DNA from: Lingula anatina
Taxonomy: Eukaryota > Animalia > Brachiopoda
Assembly (NCBI GenBank): GCA_051362555.1
Contig: CM120644.1
Location: 23,706,534 to 23,770,533 of the forward strand
Reading direction: 5' to 3'
Length of the DNA: 64,000 nucleotides
In this document: piece by piece, positions 1 through 12,298 of the stretch
Numbering within the stretch: position 1 is the first letter of the stretch
Layout: the number at the start of each line of letters is the position of its first letter
Program-made: the position numbers and the translations under genes
Notes under the pieces: model-generated
Databases searched by the model: none
Told to the model about the DNA's origin: nothing
Seen by the model: the letters and a program-made list of their open reading frames with translations, nothing else

Positions 1-2057
1 AATTATTTGCAATTGTGGACTTAAAATAAGCCAGTACTAGTACTTTAGTCTAGGTCCAAATGCTGTATATGGCTAACAAAATTTGGACCAACTGCTAGGT
101 AAATTGATCTTAGTTTCTACAATAATCTTAATCTTATTAAGCAGCTTACTTGCAAACCTTAAACCCTTCTTGGCTGCAAGAGGTCTTGTTGCTAGGCAAC
201 ATGTAAATACAACATAATCCTAGACTAAGTTTACTTTTAATTACTGTGACAATATTAATACAAGGTTGTCCAAGTCTATGTAACCCTTAAAATCTATAAT
301 ACTCACTGGTTACATGTCTGTTTCATTATCAAAAACTTGAAACAAAAATTAAGACATTGAAGTCGGTTCTTATTATTATAAATTTTAATTAAAATCATTT
401 TCTATTTTTATTTATTCATTTATTTGGCTTTAACTTTTCACCTACTAGTATTTATTTCTAATTCTATATAATAAACCATTTCTCAGTACCCGTAAACAAC
501 AGTGCTGCTTTAATTTTCAACTTAAAAATGTAAAACTGCTTGTCAGTGAATATGTTTCACAAAGAGATTAATTAGAGAAAGGAAATATTGTGGCTTTATG
601 TTTCATGAAAGGCATGGTCAAAGTCAAATAGTTCATGTAGGTTCATTATTAAAAGGTTCAGTGATGTCAACATGTAAAATCCATCACAAAGATGCCAAGA
701 ATTTAATTAACTTTTTATAAATTATTAATCTGGCAATGATTAAGATCAATCAAAATCTCAGTTAACTCTATGTTCATATACGGGGTATGAACAAAGTTCA
801 GACACACATGGTCTTTTTAATAAACTAAACTTAGTCTAGTGAACTTTTTTTATATCTTCATTTATTTAAGAAAATCAAACTTTGCATCACAAATGACGAA
901 AATCACACTGGGGATGACATTTCTTAAATGAAATTATGCATTTTGCCTAGAGTCCAGATTTAAATGTGTTGCTAAAATTATTAGTAATTTTTACTTGTTT
1001 GTTTACTAGGGCTGCTATGGATTGATGTAGAACTGAAGTAGATTCAAAATCTGGTCCAAAAATTTGAACCAATTTTCAGGATACAGTTATTTTGTAAAAT
1101 GGCCCCTGGCATCTGAATGGACCATTAGCCTAAACAGTTAAATAGGTGGACTGTTGTATTATTCATATTCAATTAGGAGTTTTAAATTGATCAACAGAAC
1201 AGGTGTCACTGTGCCAGTGGACCTTTCCTCATAAAAATTCATTGGCTGCCGCTTAAAATGATCTTAATAAAGAAGGAAAATGACTTGTGCAAACATTAAG
1301 ATGTGATATATTCCTTATGTCAACACATAAAGTTTTGTGTAAACAAACACTGCTTTGCAACTGAAAGTTAAAACTGCATTAAGTCAAGGGACAGATTTTA
1401 CCCTCGTAGATCTCTGTTAAAGCTTTGCGCAAGTTTAATGCGACATGCAAACACATTTCAGGGGTTTAAGCAGCATTTACTGTATAACACTTCAGAAGAG
1501 TCCCCTTAGATTTAACAATATCAGTTGGGCATTAAACTGTTCAAAACTTAAGTGGGTTTCTGGTTATGCAAAAGTCACTAGAGATAAATAATTATAAACT
1601 ACTTATAAATGCAAGTACAGTATCAATAAAAAATTTAAAAAAAAACAAAAAATAAAAAAACAATGCCCAATTATCAAAAGCTTCTTTTTTCAAGTTTAAT
1701 ATTTTTAATTAATTTACTTGTCTAAAAATACAACTTCCAAAATAAGCCAGGAATATTTTCAAAACTAATGAAGTAACACATTTTAAGTACATGTGAATCA
1801 ACTTTCTATGAAATATCAGCGATGTGCACTTTGTCACAAACCCTACCAAACATGATTAAGAAAAGTTTTTTGAGTTCTTAATTTGAAATATTAACTCTTC
1901 CTCCAAGCAGAATTCATTGGAAATGGCTCAAAATTTACTAGTAGAAAAATCTAATTTGAAAACCAGTTTCTAGACAAAGATCTATTATTTCCATGATATT
2001 CTTTACCCTGGTGGTCAATTAAAAACGGCTGACATACAATAACAGAATTTTGTTTAC

Positions 2058-2649
2058 CTGCACTGGTGAACTCTGTAATAAAGGGCTTCTTCGTTTCAGG
2101 TTTCCCTTGGGAATTCACATCCAAACTTTTTCTCCACTTCTCAGAAAACTTTGTCCTTTTCTCCTTGGGGAAGTAGACTCCGTGCCAGAGCGCCTTCATC
2201 ATGTAGTCAATATTAATCAGCACCTGTCCAAGACGGGTGTCCACGTAAGCCTGGGGCAGCTGACACGAGGTGCTCTGGTCGAAATTTGCTTCCAGAGAAA
2301 TGGACGGCAGTTGACCGAACACGTACATGCCAATGGTCATTTCACGAATAATTTGGTGAAGTTCCCGGAAATCCAGCGGGTCACAGCCCTCCATGTCATC
2401 CTCGGGGAGGAGGAACAAGCACTGGTTTTCGTTCTGGCCCAGGGGGACCATCTTCTTGACCAAACCCAGGGGCATTTCTACGCTGACCTTCAGGTCTTCA
2501 CTGGACAGGAACCAGTGCGAGTGCGTGCATGCTATCAGCTCGTACGTGTCGTAGGTATCGTATTTCTCAAAGAAACTTGCTGTGTATTTATTTGTTTGCA
2601 TCGCAGCTGCAATGGCGTCACCAGCCACCAAATCATCAAGGCTGGTCAT
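2058..2649 (-). CDS. ANKAR: Ankyrin and armadillo repeat-containing protein, first coding exon (gene continues left of the window)
   Basis: Translation ASFFEKYD..LHQIIREMTIGMY..PSISLEANFDQSTSCQLP.AY.DTR.GQ.LINIDYM.KALWHG.Y.PKEKR..FSE.WR matches the ANKAR N-terminus as I recall it. Acceptor ttgtAG at 2669-2670, ATG at 2649, donor CAG|GTAAAC at 2057. Confidence 0.9.
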
Positions 2650-3238
2650 CTTCTGGATGTGGAAAGATCTACAAAATAAAAAACACAAATCAATGAATAA
2701 AGTACAGGCTATTTTTAATGCAATGATGCAATGGACATACATGCATATTTAGTATGCCACTAGTTTATAGAGGCCATGATTCACTGATGAACAAACCTTA
2801 AATGCAACTACAGGAACATATACCCACTGTACTATATAAATTAAATACAGTACCTATCAGAAAAAACTTGGTTTGTCAAAGTACATGATTCAATTACAAC
2901 CCTGCACTGCATAAATGCTGATAGAGGTTATCGTATTGTCCCAAATTTAAATGCGTTTATTTCCATTATTTTTAAATATAAAGTTATCTAACTACTAGTA
3001 ATCAACGTCAATCTGAAGAAATAGTACCACAGATCTTTAGTTAAAACATCCCTCACTTTATGTCCCACAAAGACTGCATCAATTGTTTGCAATGATAAAA
3101 GAAAGCTAGAAATTAAAACAGCGGCACGTCAAAACCGGTTCACGAAAGTCATGTGCATGCCTAGTACCGCACGGCAAGACATAGCCATTTTCTGCTGCAG
3201 CACTCCGTCTCAAACACATGCAGCAATTTAGCATGTGC

Positions 3239-6200
3239 TAACATAACATAACATAACATAACATAACATAATTTTATTTCACGTCAGTTTTCCAACAAGC
3301 ACAACACTAGCCATAGCAGGCTAATATCACCGACAAAATGAAATAAATTAATGTGAAGTACTATAATAGTGATATAAAATTTAAATAAATAAATAATTTA
3401 TTTTTATATGCAGTTGTTTTACCTGAGAAAATATTAAAAGTATTTAAGTGTTTAACACTATTTATTGTATAAAAGTGAGATGTTGCCTTAGAGGCTACCT
3501 GAGATTTAAAACCAGAATGCCTTTTAGGCTATACATTTGCACACAATTCACATTTCCAGTTTGACTGGGGTGTCCAGTTTTGGACCATACCTTTAAAAGT
3601 GTCCAGATCTTTACAATTTTTCATTGATACTGGCAACATATTCCATAGTTTAGCACCACTATAGGCTAATGAATTTAATCCATAGCATTTTGTCCTGCAG
3701 TGCTTCTGAAGCAGCTGATTTGAGTTCCTTAAGCTGTAAGGTACTTCTTTAACACTGAACAAATCCCACATGAAAGGTGGGGAGAGCTTATTTACTGATT
3801 TAAACACTTCAATTATTACAGCTCTATTCCTAGAAAGCTCAAGAGTAGATAACCCTGCTTTCTCTAGTAATGTACTATAACTAGACTCAAAATCATCATA
3901 CACAAACTTTAAGGCTCTGTACTGAATGCGTTCCATCTTTGCACAATCTACAGCACCACAAAAGTTCCAAGCTAAAGCACAATAGTTAAACTGTGATAAA
4001 ATAAAACATCTAAAGACTTGTAGTCTAGACATTTCATCAAGGTACTGTGAAAGTCTCTGTAACACTTTAAGTTGAGCACCTGCCTTCTTACATAGTACAC
4101 TGATATGATAATGAAAATTAAGTCTTTCATCAATATTCACACCTAATAGTTTCACATGTGGTTCTGTGGTGATATTAGCATTATCAATACTGATAGTGTT
4201 TCTATCTGTAGTTTCATTTAACATAATAGCATGAAATTTAGATGGGTTAGCCTCCATCATATTGTCTCTGAACCACTTTATGGCAGTCTCTGACTCTGTA
4301 GTTAGAGTCTCTATCACCTCCTGTCGGGTTGGGTGCATAGCGACTAGAGTGTTGTCGTCAGCATAGTTGTATAATGACGCTCTGGTGATCGTTGCGTAAA
4401 TGTCATTCATGAAGACATTGAAGAGGATCGGTCCCATGATGGAACCCTGCGGGACCCCCTTTACCAGCGGTAGCCAATCACTGACATGTCCAGAGAGTTT
4501 AACCCTCTGACTGCGTGACGAAAGGTACGCCCATATCAAGGCACAACCTTTTTGCGACATGCCGTAGGCCCTGAGCTTGGCGATAATGAGCTGGTGCGGC
4601 AAACAGTCGAACGCCTTGCTCAGGTCCATTAGGATGGCTCCTGCGTGGTTGCGATTTTCCAAGGACTGCTTCCAGTCCTCGATCAAGCGAAGAAGCACAT
4701 ACTGGCAGTTGTATCCTCTCCTATAAGCGGCCATCCTGGGATCCAGGATCCGTTGAAGGAAAGGCGCCAGCTGATGATGAAGTATCTTCTCCAGTACTTT
4801 GGACATAGCAGGCAAGATACTAACAGGCCTGTAGTTTTTCATGATAAGATTGTCATCCTTCTTGAAGAGTGGCACCACTTCAGCAAGTTTGGCACCATCC
4901 GGAAATACACAAGTATCAACACACTGATTGTAGATTGACGTGATGTGGTGACTAAGGCATGTAGCTACAGGTTTCAGTAATCTCGGTGGTACACTGTCCC
5001 AACCTGTTGCCTTAGTAGTGTCCATGTCATTAATGATTTTCATTACATCATCTGGTGTGGTATGTTCAAAAGTGAAATCACAATTGTTCATACTAGATTT
5101 GATATTTTGCACACTTGGATGATCAGTGAAGTAAGTTTCACACTGTTGTACAAAGTCTGTATTGGAGGTCATCCCTTGATCTAGATCAAGGTTACCCCCA
5201 ATCTGCGATGCAATATTCACATAAAAATTGTTCATCACATTGGCTACTTCCTGCGGCTTAGTCTCAATGGCATTTTCTGTTCGTATCATGATGGAGTTTC
5301 CATCGCTGGACCCTTTGTTTGTGAGGAAGGGCTTTATCGTAGACCAGAAATCACAGTTTTTAGGTCCATTTCTGCACTTGGCATTGAAATAGTCCTTTAT
5401 GGCCTGTTTCCTTATGCGAGTTGTACGGTTTCTTTGAGATCTGTACTTTTCCCAGTTAGCATCTGTAGGGAATCTCCTGAACTTATTTTGCAGTCGTTTT
5501 TTGTCTCGCACAGCCTTTCGTAAGGTTTTGTTCATAAAAGGAGCCTCTTTGGCTCGCACTTTGACAGTTTTCAGGGGTGCATGTTCATCCATAATCTCCC
5601 TGAGCATAGTTTGAAGAGCCCAGTAATTATCAGATGGGTCTTCAAAGATTTCACATACAGTATAGGGAATGTAGTTCACTTCCTGAATGTATAAATCCAT
5701 GTTAAATTGCTTATAATTGCGATAAGTCACTGTTTTTGCTGGCAGCCTGGCAGCAAACAGTTTGAACACAACATATATCATGTCATGCGAATCACTTAAT
5801 CCTGTATTCATGGTTGCTGATTTAACACATTTGTCAGCTCTGCTCACAAGTATCACATCTATAAGAGTAGATCCATGAATAGTGTGATTTGTAGGTTGTT
5901 TGATCAGCTGCTCTAAATCATACTGATCACACAAGTCTCTTAATGGCTCACCTTTGGCGTCATGTAGCAAATCGAAGTTGAGATCACCTAACACACATAT
6001 GTCGGTGTAGTTACTGTGAGCTTTGTCCAAAATGTTAGCCATTTCTTCAGTAAAGGTTGCATTTTGTAGACTAGGTGGCTTATAAGCGCACATGAGGAGA
6101 TACTTTGACTTTTTATTAGGCACTACCTCCACGGTTATCATTTCCACAGCTTCGGTCTCATGGCATTTCATCCGACGACAGGGTATATCCGACCTGATGT

Positions 6201-6519
6201 AGACCATGACACCGCCACCTTTTTCATCACGGTCTCGTCGAAACAGCCGGTAACCATCAATTCTGAACTGCTCATCTGGGAATGAGTCGTCCACCTTGGT
6301 TTCTGCTATGCCTAGTAGATCCACTGGTACTCGTCTCAGTGATTCACGGATGTGAATTACTTTGTGGCGAAAACTGTTAATGTTTATGTAGGCAGCAATA
6401 AACCCTTTGGGATGGTCCTTTTTGATGTTATCAAAGAAATCAGTATTTTCACACTCACCATCACTACTGCTGGAGTACTGTGTACCACTCGAAATTCTTT
6501 TACACCATCGCCAACTTAC
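3239..6519 (-). mobile_element. CR1-clade LINE, 5'-truncated (no ORF1), intact ORF2, (TTATG)n tail, inside the ANKAR 5' intron
   Basis: APE endonuclease plus RT ORF, about 260 bp of 3'UTR, then AATAAA followed by about 6 copies of TTATG (3239-3271). The 5' boundary is approximate. Confidence 0.9.
3529..6519 (-). CDS. LINE ORF2: apurinic endonuclease + reverse transcriptase
   Basis: Motifs YININS, GIAETK, GGGV, GDLN, SDSHD, NYRPVS, DLSKAFD, GVPQGS, YADD and a C-terminal WKCELC. The frame stays open upstream of the listed 6324 start up to a TAG at 6520-6522. Confidence 0.93.
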   Translation of the reverse strand, partial: VSWRWCKRISSGTQYSSSSDGECENTDFFDNIKKDHPKGFIAAYININSFRHKVIHIRESLRRVPVDLLGIAETKVDDSFPDEQFRIDGYRLFRRDRDEKGGGVMVYIRSDIPCRRMKCHETEAVEMITVEVVPNKKSKYLLMCAYKPPSLQNATFTEEMANILDKAHSNYTDICVLGDLNFDLLHDAKGEPLRDLCDQYDLEQLIKQPTNHTIHGSTLIDVILVSRADKCVKSATMNTGLSDSHDMIYVVFKLFAARLPAKTVTYRNYKQFNMDLYIQEVNYIPYTVCEIFEDPSDNYWALQTMLREIMDEHAPLKTVKVRAKEAPFMNKTLRKAVRDKKRLQNKFRRFPTDANWEKYRSQRNRTTRIRKQAIKDYFNAKCRNGPKNCDFWSTIKPFLTNKGSSDGNSIMIRTENAIETKPQEVANVMNNFYVNIASQIGGNLDLDQGMTSNTDFVQQCETYFTDHPSVQNIKSSMNNCDFTFEHTTPDDVMKIINDMDTTKATGWDSVPPRLLKPVATCLSHHITSIYNQCVDTCVFPDGAKLAEVVPLFKKDDNLIMKNYRPVSILPAMSKVLEKILHHQLAPFLQRILDPRMAAYRRGYNCQYVLLRLIEDWKQSLENRNHAGAILMDLSKAFDCLPHQLIIAKLRAYGMSQKGCALIWAYLSSRSQRVKLSGHVSDWLPLVKGVPQGSIMGPILFNVFMNDIYATITRASLYNYADDNTLVAMHPTRQEVIETLTTESETAIKWFRDNMMEANPSKFHAIMLNETTDRNTISIDNANITTEPHVKLLGVNIDERLNFHYHISVLCKKAGAQLKVLQRLSQYLDEMSRLQVFRCFILSQFNYCALAWNFCGAVDCAKMERIQYRALKFVYDDFESSYSTLLEKAGLSTLELSRNRAVIIEVFKSVNKLSPPFMWDLFSVKEVPYSLRNSNQLLQKHCRTKCYGLNSLAYSGAKLWNMLPVSMKNCKDLDTFKGMVQNWTPQSNWKCELCANV

Positions 6520-6559
6520 CTAATACAGCTTGGGTCAGTACAGTGGATGTGTCTGTAAG

Positions 6560-6950
6560 CTAAGAGTGAGCATACACTCACGCTTGGTTTGATTTAGAGC
6601 CATTTGGACCTCATTTTTTACGGAAAATTCTCAACTTGACAGCCTAGTAACCGACATTATTTACACGTTCCTTGGGCATTGACATTTACAGGTAAAATGT
6701 AAGCAGGATTATGATTGGCCAATTTTTCCTTGACTTTCGTCTGCGAATTTTTGATTGGCTCTAAACCTTTTAACTAGAGCCTTATCAAAACGAGACTGTG
6801 TCAACAATGTCAAGGTCACGTCAACAGGTGGTTGGTGTTCACACGCCGGCTCTGCTATCGTGGTAATAAATATGAGATAACAGAAAATTCAAGACCATTT
6901 AAAGCAGGAGAAGTATCTTTTAAACAAGATAACTAGAAGGTACCTACCTT
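6560..6950. promoter_or_regulatory. Putative bidirectional promoter and non-coding first exons between ANKAR (-) and the nucleotidyltransferase (+)
   Basis: Head-to-head genes whose ATG exons both begin at splice acceptors. Palindromic double CCAAT box ATTGGCCAAT at 6714-6723 and a second ATTGG at 6754. Candidate minus-strand donors near 6519 and 6581. Confidence 0.5.
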
Positions 6951-7304
6951 TTCAGTAATCAAGAGTGACTTAATTCTCAGGCTGTCGATCCCTACAGTAC
7001 TGTGTGGCGTACACATACGCCTTAGTCTAAAAATCTTGGGTCAATCAGTAGTGGAACTCGTGCACTCATTGGGGCGATTTTAAACAATAGAGTCTATGTG
7101 CAACGTTTGTCGTTTCTTTTATCTCCAGTGCTGTGTAAAAATGGGACATGCTACAATAGAAACAGGTTGAAGTGAATGTTTTCTGAAGTGTGCTCACAAC
7201 AAAACAAAATGTTTAAATTTAATTTCATGATGTGAAGAGTTTTAAAGAAATAACCATGTCTTTCCAATATGATCTATTTATTTATGTATTCCTTTATTTC
7301 TCAG

Positions 7305-10154
7305 ATGAAAGCAGTGATCCTGGCAGCAGGGTATGGAACAAGACTAGAGAGAGATCTCAGAGATGACCGCTCAGGGCAGTACAGTCATCTGATAGGGGTG
7401 CCCAAACCACTGCTGCCCATCGGACACTGTCCACTGATATCACACTGGACGAAGGTGCTGACCACACTGCCCAGCTTGGATGGTGTTTATGTCGTGGTGA
7501 GTATGGAGTTAGTGAGGATGTCTTTGCTAACTGTGGTACTCAGTGGTGCAGATCCAGGGATATTTTTGAAAGTCTTCCAAATTATCTTTGTTGATCCGTC
7601 CTTCATATTTGACCATATTCTGAAAAAAATACGTGCCCATCAATATAAATTTTAAAAAAAATTCTAACCATCTTCTGGAAAACCCAGAGGACAGCTTCTG
7701 TCTGCTCCTGGTACATGTTTGGTTTACTTACAAGTTCATGTTGGTTTGTATCAGCTAGGGGTATTGGGGGGGTCATTTCCTAGAAATTTCTTTGCTATTT
7801 GGGGTTGTACAGGGGAGTTCAAAGTTTCTTTATCCTGAAATTTAATGTCAACTTGAGTTAAACACACTTGAAAAATGAGACAGGACATCATTTAATTATA
7901 TTCTGATCAAGACATTATATGGCCAAAGAGACAGTTGCCCTGAACCCCATCACCCCCAGAATAAGACATGTGACAAATAATTATTTACTGGTAAAATATA
8001 AAATTTATAAAAGGTAAATGACACACTTTAATTGTTACACAATGGAAACATATTGTTTGTGATAATGTTGCATCATATTTTTATAAAGATATGATCATCA
8101 ACCTTTCATTAAAGCAGCAGCAAGTAAATTGTAACATTAATTGTGCATAAAATTACACCTCACTCCCCAGACCAATGGTGCCAACCATGAGAAGTTTGTG
8201 ACGTGGGCCAAGGACTGGAGCTGTGTACAGCTGGTGTGTGATGGAAGCATGTCGAATGAGGTAAGTCATGCACAGCACATGCATGCATGATGTATGCACC
8301 AAGAAACACACTCTGACTCATGTCTTTATTGTGATATCTTCTTTATTTGCTTGAATTTTATTTTGAAAATTTGTTCATAATAAGATTTTTTTTTCAAGTG
8401 CCAAAATAATAAAACAAAAATTAGAAAGTCAAAAGACAATTAACTATCAAATAAGTATGTATTGAAAGATGATGTTATTTTCTCTCTTGGTATCACAAGG
8501 GCAGGACAGGAGCAGTGGGATGTTTAGAACTGTGTGTCCGACAATATAATGTCCAAGATGATCTACTAGTCATAGCAGGGTAAGTGGTGTGTCCAGTTTT
8601 TCCTTTAGTATTAAACCCCCTTTACTCTAGACAACATCCTTTTCTGCCTCCTTTATGCAAGCATGAAACTGGCTGTGGTCGCAGAAAGGAGCACAAGCAT
8701 CAGTTTGGTGTCAAAATGAATGCTCAGTGATCGGCCAGTTGCCGGCATGTATTTTCCTTTTTTTTACTCTCAAACAGAGCTGTGCCACGGGACACAGAGA
8801 GGACACTGTCCAATGTTAAGGAGGCTTTAGTATAGAGCCTACTAGTGTCTTATCATTTGGCAAGAAGCACCTGCAGGGGTGTTGCAAGCAGCATGTATTG
8901 TTTGAAATATAGCCTGGAAATTTTTTGGGTTAAATAGAAAATTGACACATTTAAATTTAAAGCTTTAGAAAATTTTTTGCTACAGTACCTGTAATAAACT
9001 GTCTAGTGACATTGAGCAGTCAATTTGGTATTTATTTTATACATTTTATTTCAACCAGTATCAATTTTAATTAAGTAAATGTAATGTTTATTTTTACAGT
9101 GACACCCTATTTTTTGATGACTTCGACTTGAGTCAGCTTGTCCAGAAATTTGAGTCATTTAAAACCAAAGACCCAGATGCCAGTATGCTGGTCTATGTGA
9201 CATGCACAGATGAAGGTAAGTAAGGGAAAATAATTAGGTGTGTAATTGAAATAAACAAAAATATCAAAAATAAATAGATAATAAATCAAAAAGGAACAAG
9301 CAGAACAGAGAGAGCTTATATTCTGATAATGATATAATTTGAATTCCAGAATTAACCACTACTTGTACATGTTACCAGTATGTTATATATTTATACAAGG
9401 ACAAGACATAAAACTTAAATTTTAGCATTTGTTAATTTATATGACTACTTTCCGTTTCCTCCTAATTTCAGAATAATTTAATGGAACATTTTATCAGCCA
9501 TTCCTGTAAACAATATCTGCCATTTGCAGGGGCGGATCCAGAGATATTTTTTGATAGTCTTCCAAATTTTCCTTGTTGATCCATCTCCCATTTTTGACCG
9601 TCTTCCGACAAAAAAATGGATGCTCGTCAATGTGTACATGAAAATCTGAGCATCTTCCGAAAGACCCAGAAGATGGCCTCAATCCGCACCTGATTTGATA
9701 ATCACAATGTTAAATTCAATGACATCTAAATTGCTGTTCTTTGATCCACTTACAGAAGTTCACAAGTACGGGATTCTTGAACTGAATGAAGAGAAAAAGG
9801 TGGTTGGATTCCTTGAAAAACCTCAACCCGAGGAGACTTCATCTAGGAAAGAGGTAGTGCATCCTGATTTAACTCAAAAATTGACCTTTTACTTTTTATC
9901 AATAAATCATATTAAACACTGCCACATATGATAAATTGGAACACAGTTGGTTTTCTGTCACTTTGGTAACGTTAACTCTCCAGTTCATTGATTGAGAAAA
10001 CTGGTATGTCTGTGGTAATTGATGGAATTAATAGAATTGTTGTGTATTAATTTTGTTTTGCTTTGAAGAATTATGAATATATACATGTGTATGATTTTGC
10101 AATGTCCAATATATGTGATGCCTTCATCTAATTGTGTACTTAATGACACTGGAA

Positions 10155-10187
<33 letters not shown>

Positions 10188-11487
10188 TTATTATTTTTTT
10201 ATTGGAGTAAATGTTGTCTAATAAAGATAATTAAAAGGGTACATAATTAGCTTTTTTCTTGTTTAATTTATCAGTTTCTATCCATTATTTTTAGTGCCCA
10301 TGTTTTTATTTCTTGTCATCCAAGTGTCTTCCACTGCTGTCTCAGTTCTTAGAGGAGAAGAAGGTGAGTATGGTGACCTGAGGAAAATATCTGTGACCTG
10401 AGGAAAATATCTGTGTGGAAAACAGAATCAGTGTGATTTCTTTAGACTCAGTTTATTTCAGTTATGTGAATGAAGAGTTCTCTTGTTGGATAGCATAAAG
10501 ATTTTTCCTGATTTTAGTTTCTGTTTTATGGGTGTTGTCAGTTTTCCTAACAAAAATGTATATATGCTAGCATTATTAAAACAGCATAGATCTATAAATT
10601 AAGAAAAAAAAAAACATGAAATAAATTTCAATTTATTTTAAGGAAAACCCATTGTCTAATTTAGTATAAATCATACTTAGCAATATTTAGAAGATTTTAA
10701 AAGACTAGTCTAAGAAAAGTATGTCAAAACTGAAAGTTATTTATTAAATATTGTATTTCTTTCACTCTAGGATTTGCCATTGAAGGCCAGAGATGCAACT
10801 GGAAACTTTATTGCTTATTTATACCAAAGGTAAAATATGGTGTTTTTGTGTCTTATGATGTTTTTGTGTCTTATATGCATAGTCATGTACAATTTCTACT
10901 AGGGAATTGAATCAGCAACTAGGACATTGGCTTCATTATATTTAAAAGACAATAAAAAGGAAGTGAGTGGATTTCAAAATTTAACATTTGTAGCTTAAAT
11001 GTATCTGTACGGTCAATTTTGTGAATCAGCAGCATTTGCGTGCAGATATTTCAAGAAAATGGAGCACCACCAGATGTCAGCACCTGACTGGCTCCTAAAA
11101 TAGCTCCACTCTTAGGGGCCATTGAGAACAGGGGACTAACTAGTCCAAGGGTCAAATACGGTGACCCACTAACAAAGCTTACTGTCTTATCTGCTAATAG
11201 AGACTGAATAGACATCCCATGGGGAAGTATTCAAGTGGGTCGGCCATATTGACCCTCAGACTAGTTAGTCCCCTATTCTGAATGGGGCCTTACAGCTGGT
11301 CTTCTATTCCAGACAGGGCTTTCCCCAGTTTTCTTGAGCCCCATTTACAGATTTTTTTGGTTTCTTTTCCAGAGCTCCAGTATATGCCACGGAGATTTCT
11401 GGGCGTTTTGATGTCGGTGGACTCCAATCCTACGTCATCTGTCATGAGCATTTCAAGAAAAAAGCTGAGACTGAATTTTTAGGATGA
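7305..11487 (+). CDS. Sugar-phosphate nucleotidyltransferase (NTP_transferase family), copy 1, 272 aa, 8 exons
   Basis: Exons 7305-7496, 8171-8260, 8500-8579, 9100-9215, 9756-9853, 10295-10363, 10771-10829, 11373-11487. All introns are GT-AG and phase-consistent. Motifs ILAAGYGTRL, PKPLLPI, IAGD, YGI, FLEKP, FDVG. Confidence 0.92.
7541..7710. mobile_element. CAG(G/T)GGCGGATCC-type MITE, degenerate, 5-bp TSD
   Basis: Ends cagtggtgcagatccag ... tctgctcctg, flanked by GTACT/GTACA. Absent from the paralogous intron near 25980. Confidence 0.6.
9527..9692. mobile_element. CAGGGGCGGATCC MITE with 5-bp TSD ATTTG
   Basis: Ends caggggcggat ... atccgcacctg, ATTTG on both sides. Absent from the paralogous intron near 27760. 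Confidence 0.75.
11115..11289. mobile_element. PIF/Harbinger-type MITE, TTA TSD
   Basis: Imperfect inverted repeats of about 55 bp (ggggccattgagaacaggggactaactagtc / gactagttagtcccctattctgaatggggcc), TTA on both flanks. Confidence 0.75.
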
Positions 11488-12133
11488 TGCAGATTGTAGA
11501 TCCACGTGTAGTGTAGTAGATAAAAAAAATAATTTGAAAGCACTCATAGATTGGGTCTTTGAGGGTCTCATAGTTGTAGCTTATGTCTCTTTATACATCA
11601 CAGTACTTCAGAATAGTACTTAGAGACACATATAGGTGGCGCCTGCAGCTGAGCTCCCGGTAAATGGTGTCGCCCTCTATTGACATGCAGAATTCTCAAG
11701 AATGTCTGCTTGACTGTACAGCTTCCCGCGGAGCTGAAAATAGCTTGGATAATGGACAGCTAAGAAGAGCGATTGGGTTGGCTGGTGGATGTTGCAATAT
11801 TATTTTATAGATACGAGCATTTATTTATTTTCTGTAAAAATTTAACTTGAAGACTGTAAAACTTGAGCCCAACTTCAGTGGCTGCCATGGTAAAAATAAA
11901 GATATGTCATTTTAAACCACCCTGTGTGAACGTGATTGCCTTTTACTTTGGAAGAATTGCTCAATAATGGTTAAAATATTTATTGTTATTATTATTATCA
12001 TTATAGTACAAAACCAATAATTTAATAGGGCGATGATCAGTATTTCATGTTTTCCATGGCCAGAAACTGCATCTATTTGAAAAGTTAATGATATAATAAA
12101 AAAAAAGAAAATAATATTTTCAAACTTTTTTAT

Positions 12134-12298
12134 GCGTCCTCGCACCCAAATGTGTAGTCCTGGACGCACTCCCGGAAGGAGCTGATGACGTCACAGGGGT
12201 CAACACCCTGCATGAGGTCAATGACCATGAGGTCACCACAGTGGCAGATACTGGCCTAGAGTAGCTGCAGCGTGCGATGGTAGAGCTGTTGTCCGATC
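12134..12298 (-). pseudogene. Dead duplicate of the last exon of the EF-hand gene
   Basis: Highly similar to 30105-30264. It has a net +5-nt frameshift near 12258, and about 325 bp containing the stop codon and 3'UTR are deleted. No upstream exons found. Confidence 0.85.

Noticed and set aside
2050-2679. 209-aa plus-strand ORF
   Set aside because: Antisense shadow of the ANKAR exon; no motifs.
7305-11487. Horizontally acquired bacterial rmlA, or a GKUP fusion
   Set aside because: Seven spliceosomal introns and host-like composition; the ORF stops after the transferase domain and no kinase exons were found.
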